Source of the DNA: a virus
Taxonomy: Duplodnaviria > Caudoviricetes
Length of the DNA: 55,037 bases
Strand: one strand, 5' to 3'
Virus record (IMG/VR): IMGVR_UViG_3300032223_002281
Coordinates: 1-55,037 of that record
A program made the position numbers and the translations under genes. The notes under the pieces were generated by a model, which saw only the letters and a list, made by a program, of their open reading frames with translations, was not told the DNA's origin and searched no databases. Position 1 is the stretch's first letter. The number at the start of each line of letters is the position of its first letter. Shown here piece by piece: positions 35,709-45,616 of the stretch.

Positions 35709-35870
35709 TGTGGATAAACCTGTGTATAACTATGATTTAAAACCATGATATTATCATTCTATGGACCTATGGATACTATACATTTACTGGATTTACGCTA
35801 TGTTAGGCATATCAGCAGTAGCAATCATTGCTGCTCTTTACGAAGCATTTAAAGACTAACCTGTGGATAA
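35709..35870 (-). promoter_or_regulatory. Three DnaA boxes
   Basis: TGTGGATAA at 35709, TGTGTATAA at 35721, TGTGGATAA at 35862. Confidence 0.65.
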
Positions 35871-36193
35871 CTACTATTGACAAACATTTTTAAAAGGAGT
35901 ACAATTGAAGTATGAACATATACAGAGTATCGTTATTGGATTACGCAACGGCATTTGATCTTGATATCTTTGCCTCAACAGCAGATGAAGCCAAAGCCAT
36001 GGCTATGAAAGAAGAACCTAATATGAGTGTTACTAGAGTAGTTAATCTAACTCCACATGACTCATGATTGCAACTATGAACTAGACCTAGATGGTCAAGT
36101 AACCTGTATTATATGTGGGGCTATGGATGATGACATGAGTCACTCTGATAACAAAAAATCTATGTTTGAGTCTCAGATAGATTTTGAGTAAAA

Positions 36194-36535
36194 TCAGGGA
36201 ATATCAAGACTTTTAATTGCCTTATTGACCATACGGATCAAACCTTTACGAGTAACCTTATTAGCATCAAATGTCTCAGTATATCCATTTTGAGGCATAT
36301 CCTCCTTACTTAGGAAGTGTCCGTGTTTAGCCCTTAGTGTATTTAGTACTATAGATTCTACGGCTTTTGCCTTATCCCCCTCAAAAAAATGCCAATAGGC
36401 TACAAGCAACCATCCTTTGGTCTTATGGGCAGCAAACCTCTTACCTGATATATTTGATATGCCTATCTTGACAGCCCTATGATATGGGCTATATATTATG
36501 TAAAGTATGGTTTCATTCACAGTATTATTATACAA
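36194..36535 (-). CDS. GIY-YIG / T5orf172-like protein
   Basis: LYII...VKIGIS...R...E...GYTETF. Confidence 0.65.
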   Translation of the reverse strand: MYNNTVNETILYIIYSPYHRAVKIGISNISGKRFAAHKTKGWLLVAYWHFFEGDKAKAVESIVLNTLRAKHGHFLSKEDMPQNGYTETFDANKVTRKGLIRMVNKAIKSLDIP

Positions 36536-36537
36536 TG

Positions 36538-36608
36538 CTTCGGGTGATGGTTACGATCCATCTTTATCAGGTTCGGAACCTGGAGTACTACCATTATACG
36601 AACCCGAA
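36538..36608 (-). tRNA. Atypical tRNA, anticodon CCG on a Gln-like body
   Basis: TTCGGGT/ACCCGAA acceptor, G73; D loop AATGGTA; anticodon loop TTCCGAA; T loop ATCGTAA (non-canonical). Confidence 0.65.
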
Positions 36609-37085
36609 TAGATTATAAGTATATCACAGTTGACAAAAAGCATTCTTTTGGTATAATAGTTATATGAAGAAAGTATATCGCTCACTAGTTAACGGTGCAC
36701 CCTTTATTCTTGCTATGTCTTTAGGGTTAGCACTATTGGAAAATCATATTAATGGGTGGAAGTGTGCATTCATTGCCCTTGCACTTTTGAACAGCGTAAA
36801 ATATCTTATGGATTATGAGTATGGAAATGAATAAAGAAATCAGAGTAAAAGACCGTTATTGGGTTCATATTGGATATTCATGGCGTGGTTTTGGTCTAGG
36901 TTTTAGAATAGACAAATACAGCATAAACCTAGATTTTCTATGGTTTTGGATTGGAATTGAATTTTGATTAAAAACATTATTATCTTATTATTGGCTTTGA
37001 TGCTTTCAATAGTAGCCATTGATGATGACCACCAAAGAGCAATTGTTAAAGACCTTAACACCTACATATCTCAAATTGGTGAATA

Positions 37086-37292
37086 ATGATTAACTTTGAG
37101 ATACCTGATCCATTTGAAACATTTGTAACTAAAAAGTATGCCAACTATAATGGTTCTAGGTATAACTTCTTTGCCAAAGAATGGGATTTTAACTGTGGGT
37201 GTTGTGGTGAATTACTCAATGCCCCAAACAAAAAAACGCTAACCAAGATACGTTTATATCATACTAGAAATGAGTGTTTAAATGGATACTGA
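37086..37292 (+). CDS. Small Cys/His protein
   Basis: CGCCG...HTRNEC. Confidence 0.5.
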   Translation: MINFEIPDPFETFVTKKYANYNGSRYNFFAKEWDFNCGCCGELLNAPNKKTLTKIRLYHTRNECLNGY

Positions 37293-37668
37293 ACAAACCT
37301 TCGACCAAGAGTTTACTGTTGAAGAATTAACTAAGATTATTGTAGATAACGCTAAGGCTGAGGTTAAGAGTAGGTTTGGCAATAAGAAAAGACATCGTCA
37401 ATGAAAGAATGTCAGCATACTTGGTATATGCGTGAACCTGGAATACAATGTACTAAGTGCTTAGTTGTTTGGGAGAAAGATGAAAGAGCCTAAGATCGTT
37501 TCTATGGATTGGCGTAGCCTTGGCTATTGGCCTGTGTGGAAAGATGGAAAGAAGGTATGGGTGCCTAAAGATAAAGTAACAGATAGCGAGTCGCAAGACT
37601 CGTAAGGTTGTTTTGCCCATCTATTTTGCGCCGAACTTTAAAAGCATATAAATGCTATACTTAAAATA

Positions 37669-38331
37669 ATGAAAACAATTATAATCAACTCAGCGCCCCG
37701 CACTGGAAATACTTTTTTATCTGATTGTTTAGACTATCTTTTATCATTTAATAATATAAAAAATAATTTTAATCTTTACTCACATTTGCATGATTTTAAA
37801 AAATTATCTAATAATGAACCAGATTCTTTTACTTATACTATTTTGCGTGAACCTATAGATGTAATAACCTCTAGCGTTTTTCATGCCGTTGCTTCTGATG
37901 GCAAAAACCATACTGACCCTTTGGATCATTTTAAAGATAGGGTTGCCTTTAATGCAATTGAAAGATATAGTAAATTTTTAACAGAAATGCTAATACAGGA
38001 ACATGTCAGAATTATATTATTTAATAATCTAATATCTAAACCACATAATGTGTTAGATAAAATAATGATTGATCTTGGTGTTGAACAATATAAAAGAATT
38101 AGAATTGAAGATGTTAAAGAAAGCATTGCCAAAAGAGATGAAACTTTAAATAAAAACCTATCTCCAGAACATTTTGGATTCTTAAACCATTTGCCACATG
38201 CAAAAAGATCTATTAGATTTTATAATGATCTGGAGTCTTTTTTAAAAAGAAATATAGACTTTATTAATTTACAAAAACAATATGATGAATTATTGCTTAG
38301 AATCAATATGATTAATAAACAACTGTACTAG
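37669..38331 (+). CDS. Sulfotransferase-like protein
   Basis: IIINSAPRTGNTFL (5'-PSB loop); LREPID...S (3'-PB). Confidence 0.65.
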   Translation: MKTIIINSAPRTGNTFLSDCLDYLLSFNNIKNNFNLYSHLHDFKKLSNNEPDSFTYTILREPIDVITSSVFHAVASDGKNHTDPLDHFKDRVAFNAIERYSKFLTEMLIQEHVRIILFNNLISKPHNVLDKIMIDLGVEQYKRIRIEDVKESIAKRDETLNKNLSPEHFGFLNHLPHAKRSIRFYNDLESFLKRNIDFINLQKQYDELLLRINMINKQLY

Positions 38332-38769
38332 TATATGGTATAATCTTATTATGATTGCTATGAGATCTGTGGAAAAGTGCTATTATTGTGAAAATCCCGC
38401 AGAATTTACACAACTAGTTGGAGAGCATCCAGATGAATTTGCTGTATCTGGTGTATGTAAAAAGCATTTTGTAATGGACAGTTCATCTTGATTGTGGTAT
38501 GATTGATATATGAAAAATACCTATAAATGTTCAGAATGCAAAACATCAATTGTTATATCAACAACGGTACATACTTTGCCAGAATCAATTATCTGCCCGT
38601 GTGACACAGTAATGCCACTCACAGCATCCAAGTAGATGTACATAGATTGCTCTTGTGGAAAAAGAATGCCATATGAAACAGATCAAGATAAATTATTTTA
38701 TTTAAAATATCATTCAGAATGTACTGATGACACTACCGTTTTTGATTCAATTCTGGTATACTAAAACTT

Positions 38770-39270
38770 ATGAATTTAAATCTAATTGCCAACCCAGGAC
38801 CAGCAAAAGATATTGCTGAAGCACATATCGAGCAAAGAATCCAAGTTCCTCACGTACCATTAAAATTTAATAGTGAAACAGATAATGTAACAACTGTTGC
38901 AATTTTAGAAACACCTTTTGAGTTTATTTTAAATGTTTCAGATGATTTATCTATTTCTAAAACAATCGAAGAATATAACGTATCAACTAAAAATATTTTA
39001 AATGCAACATATATTTATTCTGCAGATGATGTTATTAATAAAACTGAACAATTTATAATGGATTTGTTTAATAAATTAAATTTAGATGAAGAAAATTATA
39101 AAATTAAAACTGGAAGATTATCTTTATACGAAGATGTTTTAAATAAAAAAGATGTTCACATTAATAAAACAAATCTTAATAACAAAATAATTAAAAATGC
39201 AGAAGATTATAATTTTGAAGAATCTTGGATTTTATATAATATTGCACGGGAACGCATTATAAAATTATGA
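38770..39270 (+). CDS. Hypothetical protein
   Basis: Leaderless promoter; 166 aa. Confidence 0.5.
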   Translation: MNLNLIANPGPAKDIAEAHIEQRIQVPHVPLKFNSETDNVTTVAILETPFEFILNVSDDLSISKTIEEYNVSTKNILNATYIYSADDVINKTEQFIMDLFNKLNLDEENYKIKTGRLSLYEDVLNKKDVHINKTNLNNKIIKNAEDYNFEESWILYNIARERIIKL

Positions 39271-39692
39271 TAGATAATTCTAATTTTCAAGCCGAATCAA
39301 AAAAATCAGGTGATGATTTTGAGTCATTAGTTTTAGCAGATCTTTACAAACGAGGATTTGTTAATATTAAAAAAAATGTATACATGGCAAATACTGGTTG
39401 TGAAGTAGACTTTGTTGCACAAGGTGAAAGATTTGAATATATAGAGTGCAAGGGTGGCAAAGAAGGTGAAAAGAAAAGACCAGGTGCAAAAAGAACTGAT
39501 AATGTAAAAAAGGCTATTGCAAATGGATCAATAATGAAAAAAATTTATGACTCGATGTATTACGTAGTTTATTTTTCAGATGAGCCAGAACCTAATTCTT
39601 ATTCAGATGAAATGATTAAGATAGCATTAAAATATAAAATTATCGATGAAGTAAGATATCTTAAGCCATTGCAAATTTTGGATCATCTGTAA
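39267..39692 (+). CDS. PD-(D/E)xK nuclease
   Basis: GDDFE...EVDFV...IECK. Confidence 0.75.
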   Translation: MIDNSNFQAESKKSGDDFESLVLADLYKRGFVNIKKNVYMANTGCEVDFVAQGERFEYIECKGGKEGEKKRPGAKRTDNVKKAIANGSIMKKIYDSMYYVVYFSDEPEPNSYSDEMIKIALKYKIIDEVRYLKPLQILDHL

Positions 39693-40233
39693 ACCAAACT
39701 GGTATTGCATACCTCATAGTCTCTGTTTTATTTACACCATGTTGAGAGTCTTTATCTCTGCAATCAAATAAAACTAAATCTCCTGCTTCTGGTTTATATG
39801 TAAAATTGATTTTGGGAAAAACTATTTCACCACCAAAAATTTGATCATTTAAATAAATAACTCCACTATAAATGTAGTGACTGCCCTTTCCAGAGTCTGT
39901 ATCCATATGTCTAATAATGCTAGAGCCTGGAAGTTGTTTAGATAGCCATAGTGTAGATAAAAATATTTCTTTATTATTATTGTGTAAAATTTTTGCCAAC
40001 ATCCCCGCTTTATTTGCAAACGTTCTAATTTCTTGACCAAAATCTTTTAAAGAATTTAAAGAATCTGTATTGCCGTTCATAACATCTATACCAAAGCGCA
40101 ATAATCTTCTTTTAACCATTTCATTATCTTGTTTATCATTTTCTTCAATAAAAGAAATAACTTTATTACAAATATTAACATCTAAAAAGTTTTTTATTAT
40201 GTATGGTTGCACTTTACAATTATAGCACCCCAT
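39661..40233 (-). CDS. Prolyl-4-hydroxylase-like 2OG-Fe(II) oxygenase
   Basis: HMD...IYLND...GGE...HGV...RY. Confidence 0.85.
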   Translation of the reverse strand: MGCYNCKVQPYIIKNFLDVNICNKVISFIEENDKQDNEMVKRRLLRFGIDVMNGNTDSLNSLKDFGQEIRTFANKAGMLAKILHNNNKEIFLSTLWLSKQLPGSSIIRHMDTDSGKGSHYIYSGVIYLNDQIFGGEIVFPKINFTYKPEAGDLVLFDCRDKDSQHGVNKTETMRYAIPVWFTDDPKFAMA

Positions 40234-40405
40234 GCTATACTATAATTATGATCAAAAACTTTATTAAAATAACAATTGAATTACTTAAACAATCAATTTG
40301 TGAACATAAAAAGACCTATGATGCCTCTTGTCCTTTTACAATGAGAACATATGTTAACTGTGTTAAATGTAATAAAAGAATTAGATCAGTAAGCAATATT
40401 TAAAT

Positions 40406-40479
40406 GCGAGTGTTGCATAATGGTAGTGCACCATCCTTCCAAGTTGGTTGTGCCAGTTCGATTCTGGTCACTCGCTCCA
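40406..40479 (+). tRNA. tRNA-Gly(TCC)
   Basis: GCGAGTG/CACTCGC acceptor, U73, CCA; loop CTTCCAA. Confidence 0.92.
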
Positions 40480-40480
40480 T

Positions 40481-40552
40481 GTCTCCATCGTCTATCGGCT
40501 AGGACAACACCCTTTCACGGTGTAAAGACGGGTTCGATTCCCGTTGGAGATA
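40481..40552 (+). tRNA. tRNA-Glu(TTC)
   Basis: ACACC-CTTTCAC-GGTGT; GGTTCGATTCC. Confidence 0.92.
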
Positions 40553-40572
40553 CGCCCTTCTAGGCCTACTTT

Positions 40573-40644
40573 ACCTCCATAACTCAGCGGAAGAGTAACT
40601 GCCTTCTAAGCAGTAAGTCGTAGGTTCGAATCCTACTGGGGGTG
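40573..40644 (+). tRNA. tRNA-Arg(TCT)
   Basis: ACTGC-CTTCTAA-GCAGT; A20 present; GGTTCGAATCC. Confidence 0.92.
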
Positions 40645-41241
40645 CTTTGACAAATAAATATCCGATAGCATCCGTTCTTCTAATGCAAAACCTATTACTT
40701 GCCAATCTTTATTTTCGTTTAAGAATTGATTAGTTGCTTCAATTACTCCATACCTTTCAATATTAACAAAATAAACATAATCATTAATTGCCATAATTCC
40801 ATCATCTTTTAATAATCTTGAGGCATTGTTTATATCTTCTAAAACATCTTGGTAATCATGTGAAGCATCTATGTAAATTAAATCAAATTTTAATTTATTA
40901 TTAATTAAATCTGGCAAAACATTTTGAGACAATCCAGATATTATCGATACATTTGAATTATTTATAAATCTATTTTTGACAAAATCATATTGTGTATCTG
41001 GACAAAATCTTGGAGGAAAACCAGGCCTAGCAAGCAAAGGATCCGATTCATTAAATTTATCTATAAGTATCATTTTATTTGGTTTAATATTAGTAATTAT
41101 ATGTTCAGCAAAATCTCCAGATCCAGTTCCTATCTCAATAATGCTTAGGTTGTTAGGTAAAGTTAAAACCCAATCCCACCTATTGGAATAAACTTTGGTA
41201 TTTTTAAGTTGCTGAGACGATATTGGTGTATAAATATTCAT
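40633..41241 (-). CDS. Class I SAM methyltransferase (Methyltransf_24-like)
   Basis: IEIGTGSG...FDLIYIDASH...IND. Confidence 0.85.
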   Translation of the reverse strand: MNIYTPISSQQLKNTKVYSNRWDWVLTLPNNLSIIEIGTGSGDFAEHIITNIKPNKMILIDKFNESDPLLARPGFPPRFCPDTQYDFVKNRFINNSNVSIISGLSQNVLPDLINNKLKFDLIYIDASHDYQDVLEDINNASRLLKDDGIMAINDYVYFVNIERYGVIEATNQFLNENKDWQVIGFALEERMLSDIYLSKHPQ

Positions 41242-41276
41242 GTAAATAATTATAGCATTAGTGGTATAATAATTTT

Positions 41277-42011
41277 ATGACTGATAGATACAAAAATGTT
41301 AAATCTTTATTTCCAGATGCAAAATATAATAATGGAAAATATCCATATTTTTTTGAAAACCATGATCAATATTTGGTAGAAGATTCTTTTACAAAAAAAT
41401 ATGGAACGGGAATTGATAATATTAAGGTAATTTCTAATTTTTTTGATAAGGATCAATGTAAGGATGCAATTGATCTTATTCAAAAATTTGAAGTAAATGA
41501 CAAAAGAGATCATTGTTATCCAGTACATATGTCTCCAGACTATCATAATAATAAAACCCAGTGGAGATATGAACAATATGTAAAAGAACTTGGTCCTAAA
41601 ATGGTAAATGCAGCAAGTGCTGCATGGAATGAAAAAATAACGCAACATGCAAGTTGCATGCTTATGGTTCATCCCAAAGGATCCTATTTAGATCCACATA
41701 CAGATATTTTAGATATTCATTATGAAAACAATGACCCATCACGGGATGAAGGAATGTCTTATGAAGATCAATTAAAGACTTTTCCAAATCTTTGGAGTGG
41801 TCATCTTTCTATTCTTATTTATTTAAATGATGATTATGGAAGAGGAGAGTTGTATTTTCCAAACCATGATTATTGGATTAAACCAAAAACTGGTGACATA
41901 GTTACTTTTCCTGGAAGTTTATATTACACTCATGGTGTTACTGCAATTGAAGGTGATATACTAAGGTATACCGCTTCACAATGGGCGTTATTTGATTTTA
42001 TGAAAAAATAG
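41277..42011 (+). CDS. P4H-like 2OG-Fe(II) oxygenase
   Basis: HTD...IYLNDDY...HGV...RY. Confidence 0.85.
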   Translation: MTDRYKNVKSLFPDAKYNNGKYPYFFENHDQYLVEDSFTKKYGTGIDNIKVISNFFDKDQCKDAIDLIQKFEVNDKRDHCYPVHMSPDYHNNKTQWRYEQYVKELGPKMVNAASAAWNEKITQHASCMLMVHPKGSYLDPHTDILDIHYENNDPSRDEGMSYEDQLKTFPNLWSGHLSILIYLNDDYGRGELYFPNHDYWIKPKTGDIVTFPGSLYYTHGVTAIEGDILRYTASQWALFDFMKK

Positions 42012-42023
42012 AAAAGGTATAAA

Positions 42024-42227
42024 ATGAAACAAGGCGATATTGCAATTGTTGTTGATCAAGATATTATTGGTGAAGTTGTTTTAGTAGAAAACAAAATGGT
42101 CACATTAAAACTTTCTGATGGACAAAACATAATTAAACAAGAAGAAGATTTAAAACGTAAAAAGAAGTGCGTTTGTGGAATGTCTAAAAAGTTTCCTGCA
42201 TGTGATGGAAGTCATTCAGGTAATTAA
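42024..42227 (+). CDS. KOW-like domain fused to CDGSH iron-sulfur motif
   Basis: CVCGMSKKFPACDGSH. Confidence 0.85.
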   Translation: MKQGDIAIVVDQDIIGEVVLVENKMVTLKLSDGQNIIKQEEDLKRKKKCVCGMSKKFPACDGSHSGN

Positions 42228-42932
42228 ATGCCTAGAGTACCAAAACCACCTTTAAATCCAGATGAAATAAAATATTTTGCACCAGATGAAATTGAAAGTG
42301 CTTATAACATTTCACAAGAGCAACTTATAAATGCAAAACTATTTACCAATCGTGAAGAATATGCAAAAAGTTTGCCAAAAGGAATTTCTTATTTAGAAGT
42401 AGGTGTTGCATGGGGATATTCTGCAAAACTATTTATTGAAACATCAAGCGCAAGGGAAGCAGATTTATTAGATAATTATGATCAAGATTTAAAGTGTTGG
42501 TCCTGGCGTAGTTTTGGTAGTTGTCAATGCGAAGGTATGAAGCATGAGTTGCTATATACAAGGGATACTCATGAGCAATATATTAAAGATTTATTTTCTT
42601 ATCATGGAAAAGTTAATACGATTAAGGGTAAGGCACAAGATACAATATTAAATATTGATAAAAAATATGATTTTATCTACATTGATATTACAAATGAGCG
42701 TAATATTACAAGAAAAGTTTTACAAGATTGTTCAACTAAAATAAATGATAATGGAATAATTGGTTTAAATGATTATTTAATATATGATGGTGTCATTGAT
42801 GGAGAACCTTATGGAACCTTTCAAACTGTAAATGAATTTCTACACAATAATAAAAATTGGGTTGTTGATGGACTTGCATTACATCCCCTTGGATTTTACG
42901 ACATTTACATAAAAAAGATGGGTAGTGTATAA
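42228..42932 (+). CDS. Class I SAM methyltransferase
   Basis: LEVGVAWG...YDFIYID...LNDY; paralog of 40633. Confidence 0.8.
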   Translation: MPRVPKPPLNPDEIKYFAPDEIESAYNISQEQLINAKLFTNREEYAKSLPKGISYLEVGVAWGYSAKLFIETSSAREADLLDNYDQDLKCWSWRSFGSCQCEGMKHELLYTRDTHEQYIKDLFSYHGKVNTIKGKAQDTILNIDKKYDFIYIDITNERNITRKVLQDCSTKINDNGIIGLNDYLIYDGVIDGEPYGTFQTVNEFLHNNKNWVVDGLALHPLGFYDIYIKKMGSV

Positions 42933-43533
42933 TATAATCATGAACAGAATTTCAATAATTGAAAATTTTATAACACCAGAAGATGCTGCTACATTAATAG
43001 CAGAACAGAATAATCCATCTGAAACAAATCCATATCCAGAATATTATAAAGACAGATATGGTGGAACGTCTTTGCCATATAATAAAATAGTTATGGATAT
43101 TATGAAAAAATATGGTACAAAATCTAATGAAATGCATAAAGCATTAAATGGTTTTAACAATAATATATATGTTTTTAAAGCATTTGGTTCTAATTGGGCA
43201 CCTGGAACAAAAGGTGATCTTCATATAGATGCTCAAGGTCCTGAACCATGGATTGAATGGAGCACAATTATGTACCTTAATGATCCAAATGATTACGATG
43301 GTGGAGTAATATATTTTCCTAATCAAGGATTTGAATATAAACCAAAGCAATATTCTGCAGTCTTTTTTCCAAGCGCAGGAACTGAATATATTCATGGCAT
43401 AACTACTGTTCAACGAGGAAATAGATATACTGCACTATATATGCACACATCTTTACCACAGCATGTCGATCCAGAATTTCATCCAGGAATTAATAAATGG
43501 AAAGCAAAGGATTATCCACTTGTCAAACTTTAA
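42925..43533 (+). CDS. P4H-like 2OG-Fe(II) oxygenase
   Basis: HID...YLND...HGI...RY. Confidence 0.85.
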   Translation: MYNIIMNRISIIENFITPEDAATLIAEQNNPSETNPYPEYYKDRYGGTSLPYNKIVMDIMKKYGTKSNEMHKALNGFNNNIYVFKAFGSNWAPGTKGDLHIDAQGPEPWIEWSTIMYLNDPNDYDGGVIYFPNQGFEYKPKQYSAVFFPSAGTEYIHGITTVQRGNRYTALYMHTSLPQHVDPEFHPGINKWKAKDYPLVKL

Positions 43534-44188
43534 TTTTGAAGTATTAGATCTTGGAATTGTTTATTACACAGACGTAATAAAAGATCCAGCATCTTTAATA
43601 AATAAAATTGAAGACTTAGATAAACAATATGCTCAAGATAATCTACCAATGCAAACATCAGTAAAACCTTGGGTTGCTTGGACATATGGGGAAGGAAATA
43701 ACAAACTAATGTTTTGTTGGCAAAAGTTTATTCCACAAGTAGAACATATTCCTTTAAATGATATTTACCGTGAACAACAGATTGATATATCATCACAACT
43801 TTTTGGTGCACTAGATAAAACTTTAGAACACTATACAACACAACTTTATCCTTTTGCTGAAAAAAACATTAAATCACGAGAACACACTATGCACTTATTA
43901 AAATATGATACAAGTGGTCACCTTCCTGCTCATCAAGATCAGGGAATAAGTAGTAGAGTACTGTCTGTATTGTTGTACTTAAATGATGATTATGAGGGTG
44001 GAGAGATTGAATTTCAACATTCAAAATTAAAGTTTAAACCAAAGGCTGGTAGTGTATTATTTTTTCCATCAAATTTTTTGTATGTTCATGAAGTTTATCC
44101 AGTAACTAAAGGTCCAAGATATGCATTGCCAAATTGGTATCATAATATTCCTCTTTCACAAAAAAGAGATTCTACTGGAGAAGTTTAA
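43463..44188 (+). CDS. P4H-like 2OG-Fe(II) oxygenase
   Basis: HQD...LYLNDDYEGGE...HEV...RY; true start probably TTG 43520. Confidence 0.85.
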   Translation: MSIQNFIQELINGKQRIIHLSNFNFEVLDLGIVYYTDVIKDPASLINKIEDLDKQYAQDNLPMQTSVKPWVAWTYGEGNNKLMFCWQKFIPQVEHIPLNDIYREQQIDISSQLFGALDKTLEHYTTQLYPFAEKNIKSREHTMHLLKYDTSGHLPAHQDQGISSRVLSVLLYLNDDYEGGEIEFQHSKLKFKPKAGSVLFFPSNFLYVHEVYPVTKGPRYALPNWYHNIPLSQKRDSTGEV

Positions 44189-44191
44189 AAT

Positions 44192-45616
44192 ATGAAAATC
44201 TTGGGTATAAATGAAACATCTCATGATGCATCTGTAACATTAATTGAAGATGGAAAAATATTATTTGCTGGGCATGCAGAAAGATATAGCAAACAAAAAA
44301 ATGATTGGTACGTTAATGATAATTTAATTAATGATGCTTTAAGGTATGGCGAACCAGATCATATAGCCTACTACGAGAAACCCCTTTTAAAGGCCTCCAG
44401 ACTGCTTTTAAAGGGTGGTGCAGGGGACTGGAGGCCACGCTTTGATTTGCCAAATGTACCCAGAAAATCATTTGGACATCATTATTCTCATGCTGCTGCT
44501 GGCTATTACACTAGTCCTTTTAATGATGCAGTAATCGTTGTTTTAGATGCAATTGGAGAGTATAACACTTCCACAGTTTGGACTGGAGAAGGCAACAAAA
44601 TAAAACTTAAGTATAAACAAAACTACCCTGTTAGTTTTGGTTTATTTTATTCTGCATTTACCCAATTAATTGGACTAATGCCAAACCAAGAAGAATATAT
44701 TATGATGGGGATGGCAGCCTATGGTGATTGGAAAAGATATTATAAAGAAGTTGATGAGTATTTTCCTAATTTTAGAAGTCAGCCTTATAACTTTCATACA
44801 GGAATAACAGATTGGGGATGGATTAAAGACGAGCAAGATAAATTTGATATCGCAGCAGCAGTTCAAATGGTTTATCAAACAAGACTAATGGAGTTTATGG
44901 CAGAAGCCAAAGCAATTACTGGTAAAAAGAATTTAGTTTTTATGGGTGGATGTGCTCTTAATTCTTCAGCAAATACAGCACTATGGAAATTATTTGATAT
45001 GATTTGGATTATGCCAAATCCTGGTGATGCTGGTAGTTCATTGGGCGCTGCTGCAGCGTTATATGGAAAGCACCTTGATTGGGAAACCCCTTATCTTGGT
45101 TATGATCTTGGTGGAGAGTATCCAGTAGAAAAAATTCTAGATGCAATACTAAAAAATGGTGTTGCTGCTGTTGCAACTGGAAGAGCAGAATATGGACCTA
45201 GAGCATTGGGCAATAGATCTATTCTTGCAGATGCAAGAGATCCAAATATTAAAGATAAAGTTAACATGATTAAAAAACGTGAACTATTTAGACCATTTGC
45301 TCCAGTAGTTTTGGAAGAATGTGCATCACAATGGTTTGATATGGATTTTGATTCACCTTATATGCAATACACAGTTAAATGCTTGCAACCAAATAAAATT
45401 CCTTCGGTTGTTCATGCTGACGGTACCTCTAGAGTTCAAACAGTTAATAGATATCAGCATCGTGGTTTATGGAGAACTATAAATAAGTTTTATTTACAAA
45501 CAGGTGTTCCAGTTCTTCTTAATACTAGTTTAAATATTAAAGGACAACCATTATTAAATGATGAAAATGATATAAAACTTTGGGAAAAAACTTATAATCA
45601 AACAATTATACGTTAA
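44192..45616 (+). CDS. Carbamoyltransferase (NodU/CmcH family)
   Basis: HDAS...HHYSHAA...GGCALN...EYGPRALGNRS...RELFRPFAP...NTSLN. Confidence 0.92.
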   Translation: MKILGINETSHDASVTLIEDGKILFAGHAERYSKQKNDWYVNDNLINDALRYGEPDHIAYYEKPLLKASRLLLKGGAGDWRPRFDLPNVPRKSFGHHYSHAAAGYYTSPFNDAVIVVLDAIGEYNTSTVWTGEGNKIKLKYKQNYPVSFGLFYSAFTQLIGLMPNQEEYIMMGMAAYGDWKRYYKEVDEYFPNFRSQPYNFHTGITDWGWIKDEQDKFDIAAAVQMVYQTRLMEFMAEAKAITGKKNLVFMGGCALNSSANTALWKLFDMIWIMPNPGDAGSSLGAAAALYGKHLDWETPYLGYDLGGEYPVEKILDAILKNGVAAVATGRAEYGPRALGNRSILADARDPNIKDKVNMIKKRELFRPFAPVVLEECASQWFDMDFDSPYMQYTVKCLQPNKIPSVVHADGTSRVQTVNRYQHRGLWRTINKFYLQTGVPVLLNTSLNIKGQPLLNDENDIKLWEKTYNQTIIR

